DNA from: Candidatus Binatia bacterium
Lineage (GTDB): Bacteria; Methylomirabilota; Methylomirabilia; Rokubacteriales; CSP1-6
Length of the DNA: 39,827 bases
Direction of reading: 5' to 3'
NCBI GenBank assembly: GCA_035544455.1
Contig: DATKEI010000078.1
Span: 1 to 39,827 of the forward strand
Shown: piece by piece, positions 17,390 through 26,264 of the stretch
Layout: every line of letters begins with the position of its first letter
Numbering within the stretch: position 1 is the first letter of the stretch
Position numbers and translations under genes: made by a program
The notes under the pieces: model-generated
Told to the model about the DNA's origin: nothing
Database searches by the model: none
What the model saw: only the letters and a program-made list of their open reading frames with translations

Positions 17390-17602
17390 CCGCTCCGGGC
17401 CGGCTCGGAGAGGCGGTCGGTGCGGAGGAGGGCAGCGGCGACCGAGTGGCGCTCGGTCCCGGGTGAAGGTCATGCTGGACGAGAGCCTCTGGGAGCCCTC
17501 CTGGAGCGAGACCTCACGGGCTACCTGGCTGTCGCGACCGAGCGGGGTCTGCGCGTCAGGTGACGCCCGCGCCCGGGCCTGCCGGGAGGGCTGGCTGCCC
17601 AT

Positions 17603-17622
17603 CGTGCCCGGAGGCGGGCACG
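17603..17622. terminator. GC hairpin CGTGCCC-ggaggc-GGGCACG in a convergent intergenic region
   Basis: 7-bp stem about 53 nt past the stop of the minus-strand activator gene. No U-tract. Confidence 0.2.
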
Positions 17623-17674
17623 CCACCCGGACCCGGCAGCAGGTGGGCGGCCGCGGGGCGGTCGAGCAGGTGGG

Positions 17675-19087
17675 TCAGGAGGCGGGGGCGGCCAGGCGGA
17701 GCTGCTTGGCCTTGCGGGCCACGGTGGACTGGGTGACGCCGAGGTGCCGGGCGGCTAGCGCCTGGGTGCGGTACCTCGCGAGCGCCTCGCCGATCATCTG
17801 TCGCTCCAGGGCCTCGATCGCCTCGCGAAGCGTCGCCGGCCCGGCGGACCCGCCGGGGCCGCGCGGCATCACCTCCGGGGGCAGATCGGACCGCTGGATG
17901 GTGTCCCCCATCGCCGTCACCACCAGCCGCTCGACGAGGTTCCACAGCTCCCGGACATTGCCGGGGAACGGGTACTGCCGGATCGCGTCCAGGGCGTCTG
18001 CGGCGATGGGCGGGCAGCGCCGGAGGCGGCCGGCGAGGTGCTCGAGCATCATCTCGATCAGCGCCGGGATGTCCTCCGGGCGCTCCCGCAGCGGCGGGAT
18101 CTGGAGCGTGAGGACGTTGAGGCGGTAGTAGAGGTCCCCGCGGAAGGCGCCCTCGGCGATCATCCGTGCCAGATCCCGGTTCGTCGCGGCGACGATCCGC
18201 ACGTCCGGGCGCCGGGGCCGCACCGCTCCCACCGGCCACACCTCCCCGTCCTCCAGGAAGCGCAGGAGCTTCACCTGGAGCGGGACGGGCAGGTCACCCA
18301 CCTCGTTCAGGAGCAGCGTGCCCCGGTGGGCCAGCTCGATCAGACCGCCCTTCCCTCGCGGATCGGCCCCCGTGAAGGCGCCCCGGACATAGCCGAACAG
18401 CTCGGCCTCCAGGAGGCCGTCGGGGATGGCCCCGCAGTTCACCTCCACGAAGGGCCCGCCCGCCCGGGGCGAGGACTGGTGCACCAGGCGAGCGAACACT
18501 CCCTTGCCCGTCCCCGTCTCCCCGAGGAGGAGCACCGCCGAGTCGACCGCGGCGTACCGGACCGCCTTCTCGCGGACCGCCCTCATGGCGCGACTGCCCG
18601 CGACGATCTCGCCCGGCTGGATCGCCCGCCCCCGGGAGGGGCCCGAGACGTTCTCCGACCCGGCCAGGTCGGCCGCCTCCTGGAGCCGCGACATGGCCTG
18701 GCCGAAGCCGGTCACGTCGCGGAGCACCAGGACGATGTGATCGACCTCGCCCCGCCCGGACAGGCTCGGCGTGGCCGACACCAGCACCTTCCGGCCGTCA
18801 CCCAGGGTCTGGACGACGCTCACCGCCAGCTTGCGGGCGATCACCTCTTCCGCCACCGACCAGTCGAACCCGGTACTCGCCGACAGCGCCCGCAGGTCGT
18901 CGCCCCACGCCCATGGCTCGAGCACCAGCATCTCGCAGGCGGCCCGGTTCGCGTGCAGCAGCCTCCCTCCGGGCCCCAGCAAGCAGACACCGTCCTGGAC
19001 GCTCTCGACCATGGCCTGGAGCAGCCTCGCGTCCACGTGCGGAGAGGCGATCGCGCGCTCAGCCTGTTCGACCATGTACTCGGCCAT
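17675..19087 (-). CDS. Sigma-54-dependent transcriptional activator (PAS sensor, AAA+ sigma-54 interaction domain, Fis-type HTH), no receiver domain
   Basis: GETGTGKG Walker A, GAFTGA loop (RGAFTGAD), RERPEDI, C-terminal HLGVTQSTVARKAK HTH. The start is uncertain (ATG 19087, alternatives 19129 or 19156). Confidence 0.9.
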   Translation of the reverse strand: MAEYMVEQAERAIASPHVDARLLQAMVESVQDGVCLLGPGGRLLHANRAACEMLVLEPWAWGDDLRALSASTGFDWSVAEEVIARKLAVSVVQTLGDGRKVLVSATPSLSGRGEVDHIVLVLRDVTGFGQAMSRLQEAADLAGSENVSGPSRGRAIQPGEIVAGSRAMRAVREKAVRYAAVDSAVLLLGETGTGKGVFARLVHQSSPRAGGPFVEVNCGAIPDGLLEAELFGYVRGAFTGADPRGKGGLIELAHRGTLLLNEVGDLPVPLQVKLLRFLEDGEVWPVGAVRPRRPDVRIVAATNRDLARMIAEGAFRGDLYYRLNVLTLQIPPLRERPEDIPALIEMMLEHLAGRLRRCPPIAADALDAIRQYPFPGNVRELWNLVERLVVTAMGDTIQRSDLPPEVMPRGPGGSAGPATLREAIEALERQMIGEALARYRTQALAARHLGVTQSTVARKAKQLRLAAPAS

Positions 19088-19590
19088 GGCGGTCTGTACC
19101 CTCCCGGCTCCGGTCCTCGCTCCGTCCATCCGGGCCGGGTCCAACGCATGGTCCATGCCAGCCAGCGGCCTCCGCGGCTTCGATCCGGCAACGCCCTTGT
19201 TTCGCAGACCTGGGCCGGGCGGACCGGGCGACCGCGTACGGACCGCCGGCCTGCAGTGCCGGGCGCCCTCCCTTGAGCCCCCGAATTGCAAGGAGCACCA
19301 AGACTGGAGGCTCCACTCCACCTTCGAGAGATTCTCCCGTCTCCGATTCGCCGGCGCATATCTGCATTCCGGAGTCGATCGGCAGGCGATGCCGCGCTTT
19401 CACCTGATCTGGCCGAGGCCTGACCGCAGCCGCGCTCCCTGGGACCCGGCGCCCCCGCGCGGGGAATGCGGCCGCGAATCGAACCCAGGGGAACGCTCCT
19501 TCGACAAGTTCCTCGACACGTGGATTCAACCTCTCGATTTCTCGTGGCGTTGCCGGTCCGCCCTCATATCCAGGCGCGCACGCGCCGTCC

Positions 19591-19606
19591 TGGCACGCCG
19601 GGTGCT
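19591..19606 (+). promoter_or_regulatory. Sigma-54 (-24/-12) promoter-like motif TGGCACGCCGGGTGCT
   Basis: Matches TGGCACG-N4-TTGCW with correct GG/GC spacing and one -12 mismatch. It sits in the divergent region between the activator and the tad locus, 528 nt upstream of the flp ATG. Confidence 0.45.
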
Positions 19607-19693
19607 GTCCCTGATCCGTCGGAAGCGGTCGGGATCACACGGCAACGGCGAGGGAGCGACCAGGATGTGGGTCCCGGAGAGAGTGACAGCAGC

Positions 19694-19921
19694 GTGGTCG
19701 TGGTGGTGAGGCTGGGCGGGACCCGAGGGAGTGGCCGCGTGTTCCAGGTCCTCCAGCTCCTCGGCATCGCGGCCGACACGACACCGGCGGAGCAGGACCT
19801 GGTGCCGGCCGATGGCCTCGGATTCCGGATCGGTCGCGAGCGCATCGCCGAGGTGATGCTGGCCCTGGAAGGCGCAGGGTTTCCGGAAGTGAAAGCGTAC
19901 GAGGGGTTGCCGGAGGCGTAG
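19694..19921 (+). CDS. Possible small ORF (~75 aa) downstream of the sigma-54-like motif
   Basis: GTG start. High third-position GC by eye in this frame. No recognisable domain and a weak RBS. Very tentative. Confidence 0.2.
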   Translation: MVVVVRLGGTRGSGRVFQVLQLLGIAADTTPAEQDLVPADGLGFRIGRERIAEVMLALEGAGFPEVKAYEGLPEA

Positions 19922-20118
19922 GCGCTCCGGTGAGATGAAGAGGCAGCCGAGGCCACCCGGCGGCGCGCCGGGGGCGGGGGGGGCGGCGAGGCGGCGGCCC
20001 TCCAGGAGCCAGGTGGAGCCCGCGGTCGCCGACATGGCGGGGCGGCGGGCGGTGCAGTGAATTTTTCGGTGGCGCATGGACCGTGCGCGGCGCGGGCATG
20101 CGCGGAGAGGGGACGCAG

Positions 20119-20304
20119 ATGCTGAAGAAGCTGTGGGCTTACGCGAAGGACGAGCAGGGCATCGAGACGCTGGAGTGGCTCGGGATCGGCGCGCTGATCT
20201 TGGCGGTGGCCTTCGTCGTGTATCCGGGAACGCTCCAGGCCGAACTCGTGACGGTGGCCACCAACATCGGAGCCGCGCTCACCGGTATCGTGATCGCCCC
20301 GTAG
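20119..20304 (+). CDS. flp: Flp/Fap family type IVc pilin
   Basis: 61 aa: MLKKLWAYAKDEQG / IETLEWLGIGALILAVAF. This has the Flp leader-G/XXXXE[YW] processing motif followed by a hydrophobic helix. GGAGAGGGG RBS. Confidence 0.8.
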   Translation: MLKKLWAYAKDEQGIETLEWLGIGALILAVAFVVYPGTLQAELVTVATNIGAALTGIVIAP

Positions 20305-20353
20305 GCCCGGCCACCGACACCGTCTTCTCAACCCTGAAACCAGCACATGTCGG

Positions 20354-20380
20354 CCCTGGGCTCGATGTTCGAGCCCAGGG
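20354..20380 (+). terminator. Perfect 12-bp-stem hairpin just after flp (attenuator or mRNA-stabiliser candidate)
   Basis: CCCTGGGCTCGA-tgt-TCGAGCCCAGGG. No U-tract. Confidence 0.5.
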
Positions 20381-20398
20381 TCGAGCCGGGGCAAAGCC

Positions 20399-20809
20399 AT
20401 GAGGCGTCTCGCATCCAGGAACCAGCGTGGGACCTCCACCCTGGAGTTGCTCGCGGTTCTGCCCACCCTCCTGTTCGTTTTCCTGGTGGGAGTCGAGATG
20501 AGCAGGGCCTGGCTGACGGCCACCCTGGTGACCAACGCCGTCCGGGAGGGCGTCCGGACCGCATCGGTGGCGCCCGCGGCCACCGCGCCCGCGGAGGGCC
20601 TGGCAAGGATCAACGAGGTCCTGGCGTCTGCGAATCTGACCGCGGCGATAGGCCCGACGGTCACCTGCAATCCGGCCCCCTGCTCCACGGAGACGGACTC
20701 GCGGGTGGAAGCCACCGTGACCGTGAACTTCCAGACCATCGTCCCGATCTTCGTGCCGATGCTGGATTCGGTTCCGATCCAGCAGACTGCCAGCATGCGG
20801 TTCGAGTGA
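20399..20809 (+). CDS. tadE: TadE-like pseudopilin / pilus assembly protein
   Basis: 136 aa. N-terminal RGTSTLELLAVLPTLLFVFLVGVE matches the TadE/TadG N-terminal motif. Confidence 0.8.
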   Translation: MRRLASRNQRGTSTLELLAVLPTLLFVFLVGVEMSRAWLTATLVTNAVREGVRTASVAPAATAPAEGLARINEVLASANLTAAIGPTVTCNPAPCSTETDSRVEATVTVNFQTIVPIFVPMLDSVPIQQTASMRFE

Positions 20810-20826
20810 GCACTCTCCCTGAGATG

Positions 20827-20856
20827 TCCGCAAGGTCAAAGTCCGCAAGGTCAAAG
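20827..20856 (+). repeat. Perfect 15-bp tandem direct repeat (TCCGCAAGGTCAAAG x2) between tadE and cpaB
   Basis: Read directly. It is relatively AT-rich and ends 17 nt before the cpaB ATG. Confidence 0.9.
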
Positions 20857-20872
20857 ATCGAGGTGAAGTGAC

Positions 20873-21784
20873 ATGCGCATGCGAGTCGTGATGATCCTGC
20901 TGGTCGCCTCCGTGATGGGCCTGCTCGCGAGCTTCCTGGTGTACCGCGTGGTCAGCCAGGTGGCGGCCGGCGGCCCCCAGGAGCGGAACACCCCCATCGT
21001 GGTGGCCACCGCGAACATGGGGCTGGCCGACACGGTCACGGCCCAGCACGTGAAGCTCGTGGCCTGGCCGAAGACGTCGGTCCCGTCGGGGTCCTTCGCG
21101 AAGGTCGAGGACGCCGAGGGCAGGGTGGTCCGGGGCTCGATCGTCGCCGGCGAGCCGCTCATCGAGGCCAAGCTGGCCCCCGAGCTGTCGGGCCGGGGCG
21201 GCATCATGCCCATGCTGATCGCCGAGGGGCGCCGCGGGGTGTCGATCAAGGTGGACGACGCCGTCCGGGAGACGGGCTTCGTGATGCCCAACAGCAGGGT
21301 CGACGTCCTGGTGAGCATGGCGAAGACCAAGGACTCCGACGAGCGCATCGCGAAGGTGATCCTGCAGGACATCCCGGTGCTCGCGGCTGGCCAGACGGTC
21401 GAGATGCGCGACAACAAGCCGGTGACCGTGACCACCGTCACCCTGTCGCTCACCCCCGAGCAGACCGAGCGCCTCGCGGTGGCCCAGGCCGAGGGCCGGC
21501 TCACCCTGGCCCTGCGCAACCTGCGCGACAACGCGGTGGTGCAGACGCCGGGGGCGACGCCCACCGCGCTCCTGACCGACCCGGGTGCCGCCCGGCCCGC
21601 GCCACCCGTGGCCACCCCCGCCGCGCCCCGACCACGGGCGGTCCCGGCGGCGGCTCCCCTGCCGCCCCCGAAGCTCGATGCCCGCACCGTGTCCGTCATC
21701 CGGGGCCAGAAGGTGAGCGAGCAGATGTTCATCCGGCAGGACGGCCAGCACTGGGTCGAGCGCACCGACTCCAAGCGGCCGTAG
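20873..21784 (+). CDS. cpaB: Flp pilus assembly protein CpaB (SAF domain + RcpC)
   Basis: 303 aa. N-terminal TM, then a pattern typical of CpaB: VVVATANMGLADTVTAQHVKLVAWPK...GEPL. Confidence 0.88.
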   Translation: MRMRVVMILLVASVMGLLASFLVYRVVSQVAAGGPQERNTPIVVATANMGLADTVTAQHVKLVAWPKTSVPSGSFAKVEDAEGRVVRGSIVAGEPLIEAKLAPELSGRGGIMPMLIAEGRRGVSIKVDDAVRETGFVMPNSRVDVLVSMAKTKDSDERIAKVILQDIPVLAAGQTVEMRDNKPVTVTTVTLSLTPEQTERLAVAQAEGRLTLALRNLRDNAVVQTPGATPTALLTDPGAARPAPPVATPAAPRPRAVPAAAPLPPPKLDARTVSVIRGQKVSEQMFIRQDGQHWVERTDSKRP

Positions 21785-21812
21785 ACCCACGTCGATCGAG
21801 GAGAGAGAATCC

Positions 21813-22289
21813 ATGACCCGCTCGCGCGTGAATCGAATGCTCGCCCTGGCCGCCGGGCTGCTGGCCGGGGCCGTGGCCCTCGGCGGCCCGGCCGCGCCGG
21901 CCGGCGCCCAGACGCTGACCAGGCTCTACCTCTCCAAGGACAAGTCGCAGGTGCTGGATCTCCGCCAGCCGGCGGCGACGGTGGCCGTGGCCAACCCCGC
22001 CATCGCCGACGTGCAGGTGATCTCCCCGACCCGCCTGCTGGTGATTGGCCGGTCGGTGGGCGTCACCTCGCTGGTGACCTTCTCGGACGCGGCGGTGGGC
22101 CACTACGACGTCGTGGTGCACCCCGCCCCGATGGTCGAGGTGGCGGCCCAGCCGCTCCAGGGCGCTCCCCACGGCGTGCTGGTGCAGAGGGCCGACAAGC
22201 TCACCGAGCACTTCTTCACGCGCGACACCACTCAGCAGTGGGTCGAGCTGGGCAGCGTGAAGGTCGAGCCGGACGCCGGGAAGAAGTGA
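21813..22289 (+). CDS. Secreted protein consisting of a secretin/pilus-formation N-terminal domain only
   Basis: Signal peptide. KSQVLDLRQPAATVAVANPAIADVQVISPTRLLVIGRSVGVTSLVTF is paralogous to residues about 40-95 of the downstream secretin. Confidence 0.7.
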   Translation: MTRSRVNRMLALAAGLLAGAVALGGPAAPAGAQTLTRLYLSKDKSQVLDLRQPAATVAVANPAIADVQVISPTRLLVIGRSVGVTSLVTFSDAAVGHYDVVVHPAPMVEVAAQPLQGAPHGVLVQRADKLTEHFFTRDTTQQWVELGSVKVEPDAGKK

Positions 22290-22294
22290 CGGCC

Positions 22295-23671
22295 ATGGAC
22301 CGCCTCCGCCGCCGCCAGCCCGCCGTCCTCGCCCTGGCACTGGCCGTTGCCGTCCTGGCCGGGTCGCACGCGTCCTCCCTCGGCGCGCAGCCGGCCATGG
22401 TCCGGCTCGACGTGACCATCGGGAAGTCGCAGGTGCTGGACCTCCAGGAGCCCTTCACCCGCGTCTCCGTGACCAACCCGGCCATCGCCGACGCCTTCGT
22501 CGTCACCCCGAACCAGATCCTGATCAACGGCAAGGCGGTGGGGACCACGTCGCTGGTGGTCTTCTACCCGGGCAAGACCGTCTTCTTCGACCTGGTGGTG
22601 CAGAGCGACCTGGGCCTCCTGCGGGAGCGCCTGCGGCAGGTGGCCCCCCGGGACGAGATCGACGTTCAGCCCGCCCGCGAGGCCATCATCCTGACCGGCA
22701 GCGTGACGAGCGAGCGGACGATCGCCGGCGCCGCCGAGGTGGCCGCGGTGTTCGCGCCCCGGGGCAAGGTGGTGAACCTCCTGAGCCTCACCGACGCCAA
22801 GCCCCAGCAGGTGATGCTGCAGGTGCACGTGGCCGAGGTGAACCGGGACGCCCTGAGGGAGTTCGGGATCGCCTTCCGCGCCATGGACGCCCCCAACCTG
22901 CGGGGGGGCATGTCCACGCCCGGGCGCAGCCCGTTCTTCGAGATGCTGGGGCTGGCCGCCACCAGTGGGGCGAACTTCTTGCTGCCCGGGGCCAGCTTCT
23001 TCATCGCCAACGAGAACTACGCGGGTCTGGTGCGAGCCCTGAGCGACCGCAACCTCCTCCGCACCCTGGCCAAGCCCAACCTGGTGACCCAGAGCGGCAA
23101 GGAGGCCAAGTTCCTCTCGGGCGGCGAGTTCCCCTTCCCGGTGGCCCAGGAGTTCAACACCATCACCGTGGAATTCAAGGAATTCGGCATCGGCCTCATC
23201 TTCACCCCGGTGGTGGTGGACGGCGAGACCATCAACTTGCAGGTGCGCCCCGAGGTGTCGAGCCTGGACTTCAGCCAGGGGCTGGAGGCGGCCGGGTTCC
23301 GCATCCCAGTGGTTCGCAAGAACGAGGTGGCGACCACCATCAGCATCAAGGACGGCGAGTCGTTCGCCATCGCGGGGCTCATCAACAACGAGGTGCGCCA
23401 GACGGTGGGCAAGATCCCCATCCTCGGAGACATCCCCATCCTGGGTGCCCTCTTCCGCAGCACGCGCTTCCAGAACAACGAGACGGAGCTGCTCTTCCTG
23501 GTGACGGTGAAGCTGGTGCAGCCGGGCCCGCCCGGCACCGCCCCCGACCCGACCAGGCTGATGGAGCTGCGACCGGAGGAGAAGAAGGAGTTCACCTTGG
23601 TTCCGGGCATCCCCGGCGTGGGTGAGGTGGTGACGCGCCCGTTCGGCAAGAGCAACCTGCCGGCACAGTGA
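22295..23671 (+). CDS. cpaC: Tad secretin CpaC/RcpA
   Basis: 458 aa from MDRLRRRQPAVLAL. N-domain, then secretin core (LAKPNLVTQSGKEAKFLSGGEFP, IPILGDIPILGALFRS). Confidence 0.92.
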   Translation: MDRLRRRQPAVLALALAVAVLAGSHASSLGAQPAMVRLDVTIGKSQVLDLQEPFTRVSVTNPAIADAFVVTPNQILINGKAVGTTSLVVFYPGKTVFFDLVVQSDLGLLRERLRQVAPRDEIDVQPAREAIILTGSVTSERTIAGAAEVAAVFAPRGKVVNLLSLTDAKPQQVMLQVHVAEVNRDALREFGIAFRAMDAPNLRGGMSTPGRSPFFEMLGLAATSGANFLLPGASFFIANENYAGLVRALSDRNLLRTLAKPNLVTQSGKEAKFLSGGEFPFPVAQEFNTITVEFKEFGIGLIFTPVVVDGETINLQVRPEVSSLDFSQGLEAAGFRIPVVRKNEVATTISIKDGESFAIAGLINNEVRQTVGKIPILGDIPILGALFRSTRFQNNETELLFLVTVKLVQPGPPGTAPDPTRLMELRPEEKKEFTLVPGIPGVGEVVTRPFGKSNLPAQ

Positions 23672-24891
23672 GCGCAGGCGGAGCCCGGGACATGCTGAGA
23701 ACCGTCATCATCGACTCCGACCCCGAGGCGCAGGGGGCGCTGCGCCGCCTGCTGGCGGCCAGCCCCGCCGTGGCCGTGGTCGGGGAGTTCGGCAGCCTCC
23801 AGGAGTCGATGGCCGAGGCGGCCGCGCGCCGGCCCGACCTGGTCATCGCCGAGGTGCCGGTGCGGCCCGGCGAGGCCGACCTCGGCCGCGGCACCAAGGC
23901 GATGGAGTCGCTGGTCCGGGCCGTGCCCGATGCGGCCATCTTCGCCACCGGCCCCGCCCTGCCGGCCGAGGCGGTGATCCAGCTCATGCGGGCCGGCGCC
24001 ATCGAGGTGCTCACCCGCCCGGTGGAACGGGAGGCGCTGCTGGGCGCCCTCGACAAGGTGCTGCGGCTGCGCCGCTCGGCCGCCCCGGCCCGCCAGGCCG
24101 GGCGCATCGTGTCGGTGTTCTCCACCAAGGGCGGCCTCGGCGTGACCACCATGGCCAGCAACCTGGCCGTGTGCCTGGCCGAGCATGCGCCGGAGCGCGT
24201 CGCCCTGATCGACCTCGACACCCGGCAGTCCGACATCGCCACCCACCTGAACCTCCGGCCCACCTACTCGGTGCTCGACGCCCTGGAGAGCCTGGACCGG
24301 CTGGACGAGTCGTTCCTGCAGGGGCTCATGGTGAAGCATCCGAGCGGCCTGCTGGTGCTGCCGGGGCCCACCCGCATCGAGCGGGCGCAGCTCGGCGGGG
24401 AGCAGGTGCGGGTGGCCCTCGACAGCATCCGCGCGCACTTCGCCCACGTGGTGATCGACCTGCGCCACGACCTGGACGGCGGGACGATTGCGGCCCTGGA
24501 GGCCTCGGACACCATCTTCTTCCTCACCAGCCTCGACGTGTGCACCCTGCGCTCGAGCGCCGCGGGGCTGGCCGCCTTCCGGCACCTCGGACTGAACCTC
24601 CAGCGAGTCCAGGTGGTGGTGATGCGCGAGGACACGGCGGAGGACGTCACCCTGAAGCACGCCCGGGACACCCTCGGCGTCGCCGTGTCGTGGAAGACCC
24701 CCAGCGATTACCCGGCGGTGGTGGCCTCGATCAACTCGGGGCAGCCGGTCGTGAGCGCGGCGCCCCGGTCGCGGATCGCGCGCAACCTGCGCCAGCTCGC
24801 GGCCACGCTGCTGCCTCCCCCCGCCAGCCGGCGCGGCGCCGCCGCGCTGGCCCGACTGCTCTGGACCCCCAAGGGATCGACGGGAGACTAG
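23668..24891 (+). CDS. cpaE: CpaE/TadZ: atypical receiver-like domain + ParA/MinD-type ATPase
   Basis: GTG 23668 overlaps the cpaC stop (GTGA). Alternative ATG at 23692. Deviant Walker A STKGGLGVTT. In the receiver-like domain the expected phospho-acceptor position reads DLVIAEV. Confidence 0.85.
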   Translation: MSAGGARDMLRTVIIDSDPEAQGALRRLLAASPAVAVVGEFGSLQESMAEAAARRPDLVIAEVPVRPGEADLGRGTKAMESLVRAVPDAAIFATGPALPAEAVIQLMRAGAIEVLTRPVEREALLGALDKVLRLRRSAAPARQAGRIVSVFSTKGGLGVTTMASNLAVCLAEHAPERVALIDLDTRQSDIATHLNLRPTYSVLDALESLDRLDESFLQGLMVKHPSGLLVLPGPTRIERAQLGGEQVRVALDSIRAHFAHVVIDLRHDLDGGTIAALEASDTIFFLTSLDVCTLRSSAAGLAAFRHLGLNLQRVQVVVMREDTAEDVTLKHARDTLGVAVSWKTPSDYPAVVASINSGQPVVSAAPRSRIARNLRQLAATLLPPPASRRGAAALARLLWTPKGSTGD

Positions 24892-26262
24892 ATGGCACTC
24901 TTCCAGCGCAAGCTCGCCCTCCGCCCCGAGCCGTCCCGGCCCGCGGCGGTCGCCCCCCAGCCCGAGGCGCCGCCGAAGGTCGAGGTGGCCTACTACGAGC
25001 TGAAGAACCGCATCCACCGCCAGCTCATCGAGCGCCTCGACCTGGCCAAGCTGACCCTCCTGCCGGTGGACGCGGTGCAGCAGCAGATCCGCCGGGTGGT
25101 GGAGGACATGCTGGCCGGCGAGGACACCCCCCTGAGCCGGCAGGAGCGGGAGAAGCTCGTCACCGAGGTCGAGCACGAGACGTTCGGTCTCGGGCCCATC
25201 GAGCCCCTGATGCAGGACCCGACCGTGTCCGACATCCTCGTCAACGGGGCCCGGAACATCTACGTGGAGCGCCGGGGCAAGCTCGAGCGCACCCGGGTGA
25301 TCTTCCGCGACGACGCGCATCTCCTGCAGGTGATCGAGCGCATCGTGTCCCGCGTGGGCCGGCGCGTGGACGAGTCGTCGCCCATGGTCGACGCCCGCCT
25401 GCCCGACGGCTCGCGGGTCAACGCCATCATCCCCCCGCTGGCCCTGGACGGCCCGGTGCTGTCCATCCGGCGCTTCTCCGTGGACCCCTTCCGGGCGTCG
25501 GACCTGGTGGGCTTCGGCACCCTCACGCCCGATCTCGTGGAGATCCTCCGCGCCGCCGTGCAGTCGCGGCTCAACATCCTCGTGTCAGGGGGCACCGGCG
25601 CCGGCAAGACGACGCTGCTGAACGTCCTGTCCAACTTCATCCCCGGGCGCGAGCGCATCGTCACCATCGAGGACTCGGCCGAGCTGCAGCTCCAGCAGGA
25701 GCACGTGGTGCGCCTGGAGACGCGGCCCCCCAACATCGAGGGCGCGGGCGCGGTGACCCAGCGCGACCTGATCCGGAACGCCCTGCGGATGCGGCCCGAC
25801 CGCATCGTGGTGGGCGAGGTGCGCGGCCCCGAGGTGCTGGACATGCTTCAGGCCATGAACACCGGGCACGACGGGTCCATCTCCACCGTGCACGCCAACT
25901 CCTCCCGCGACGCCCTGTCGCGCATCGAGACCATGGTGCTGATGGCGGGCCTGCCGCTGCCGATGCGAGCCATGCGCGACTACATCGCCTCCGCCCTCGA
26001 CATGATCATCCACCTGGCGCGGCTGTCCGACGGCACGCGCAGGGTGGTCCGGGTGACTGAGGTGGTGGGCATGGAGGAGGACGTGATCACCACGCAGGAC
26101 ATCTTCGTCTTCGAGCAGGAGGGGATCGACGCCGAGGGGCGCGTGATGGGCACCCACCGCGCCACCGGCATCCGGCCCAAGTTCAGCGATCGGCTGCTCC
26201 AGGCGGGCGTCCACCTGGGCCTCGAGGTGTTCGACCCCCACCGGCACCAGGCGGTGCGCTAG
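24892..26262 (+). CDS. cpaF: CpaF/TadA secretion ATPase
   Basis: 456 aa. Walker [10 protein letters not shown], Walker [25 protein letters not shown] His box. Confidence 0.95.
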   Translation: MALFQRKLALRPEPSRPAAVAPQPEAPPKVEVAYYELKNRIHRQLIERLDLAKLTLLPVDAVQQQIRRVVEDMLAGEDTPLSRQEREKLVTEVEHETFGLGPIEPLMQDPTVSDILVNGARNIYVERRGKLERTRVIFRDDAHLLQVIERIVSRVGRRVDESSPMVDARLPDGSRVNAIIPPLALDGPVLSIRRFSVDPFRASDLVGFGTLTPDLVEILRAAVQSRLNILVSGGTGAGKTTLLNVLSNFIPGRERIVTIEDSAELQLQQEHVVRLETRPPNIEGAGAVTQRDLIRNALRMRPDRIVVGEVRGPEVLDMLQAMNTGHDGSISTVHANSSRDALSRIETMVLMAGLPLPMRAMRDYIASALDMIIHLARLSDGTRRVVRVTEVVGMEEDVITTQDIFVFEQEGIDAEGRVMGTHRATGIRPKFSDRLLQAGVHLGLEVFDPHRHQAVR

Positions 26263-26264
26263 CC

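Noticed and set aside
19461-19500. tRNA-like T-loop (reverse complement reads GGGTTCGATTCGCGG)
   Set aside because: I could not build a T-stem, anticodon arm or acceptor stem around it. It is probably a chance GGTTCGATT match or at most a tRNA fragment.
20070-20086. TGGCGCATGGACCGTGC, just upstream of flp, as a sigma-54 promoter
   Set aside because: The GG-to-GC spacing is two nucleotides too long for a -24/-12 element.
20827-20856. Possible CRISPR-like array
   Set aside because: Only two directly abutting 15-bp units with no spacers, and no cas genes in the window.
23017-25320. 767-aa minus-strand ORF
   Set aside because: Antisense to cpaC, cpaE and cpaF, which have unambiguous family motifs. 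Its composition is junk-like.
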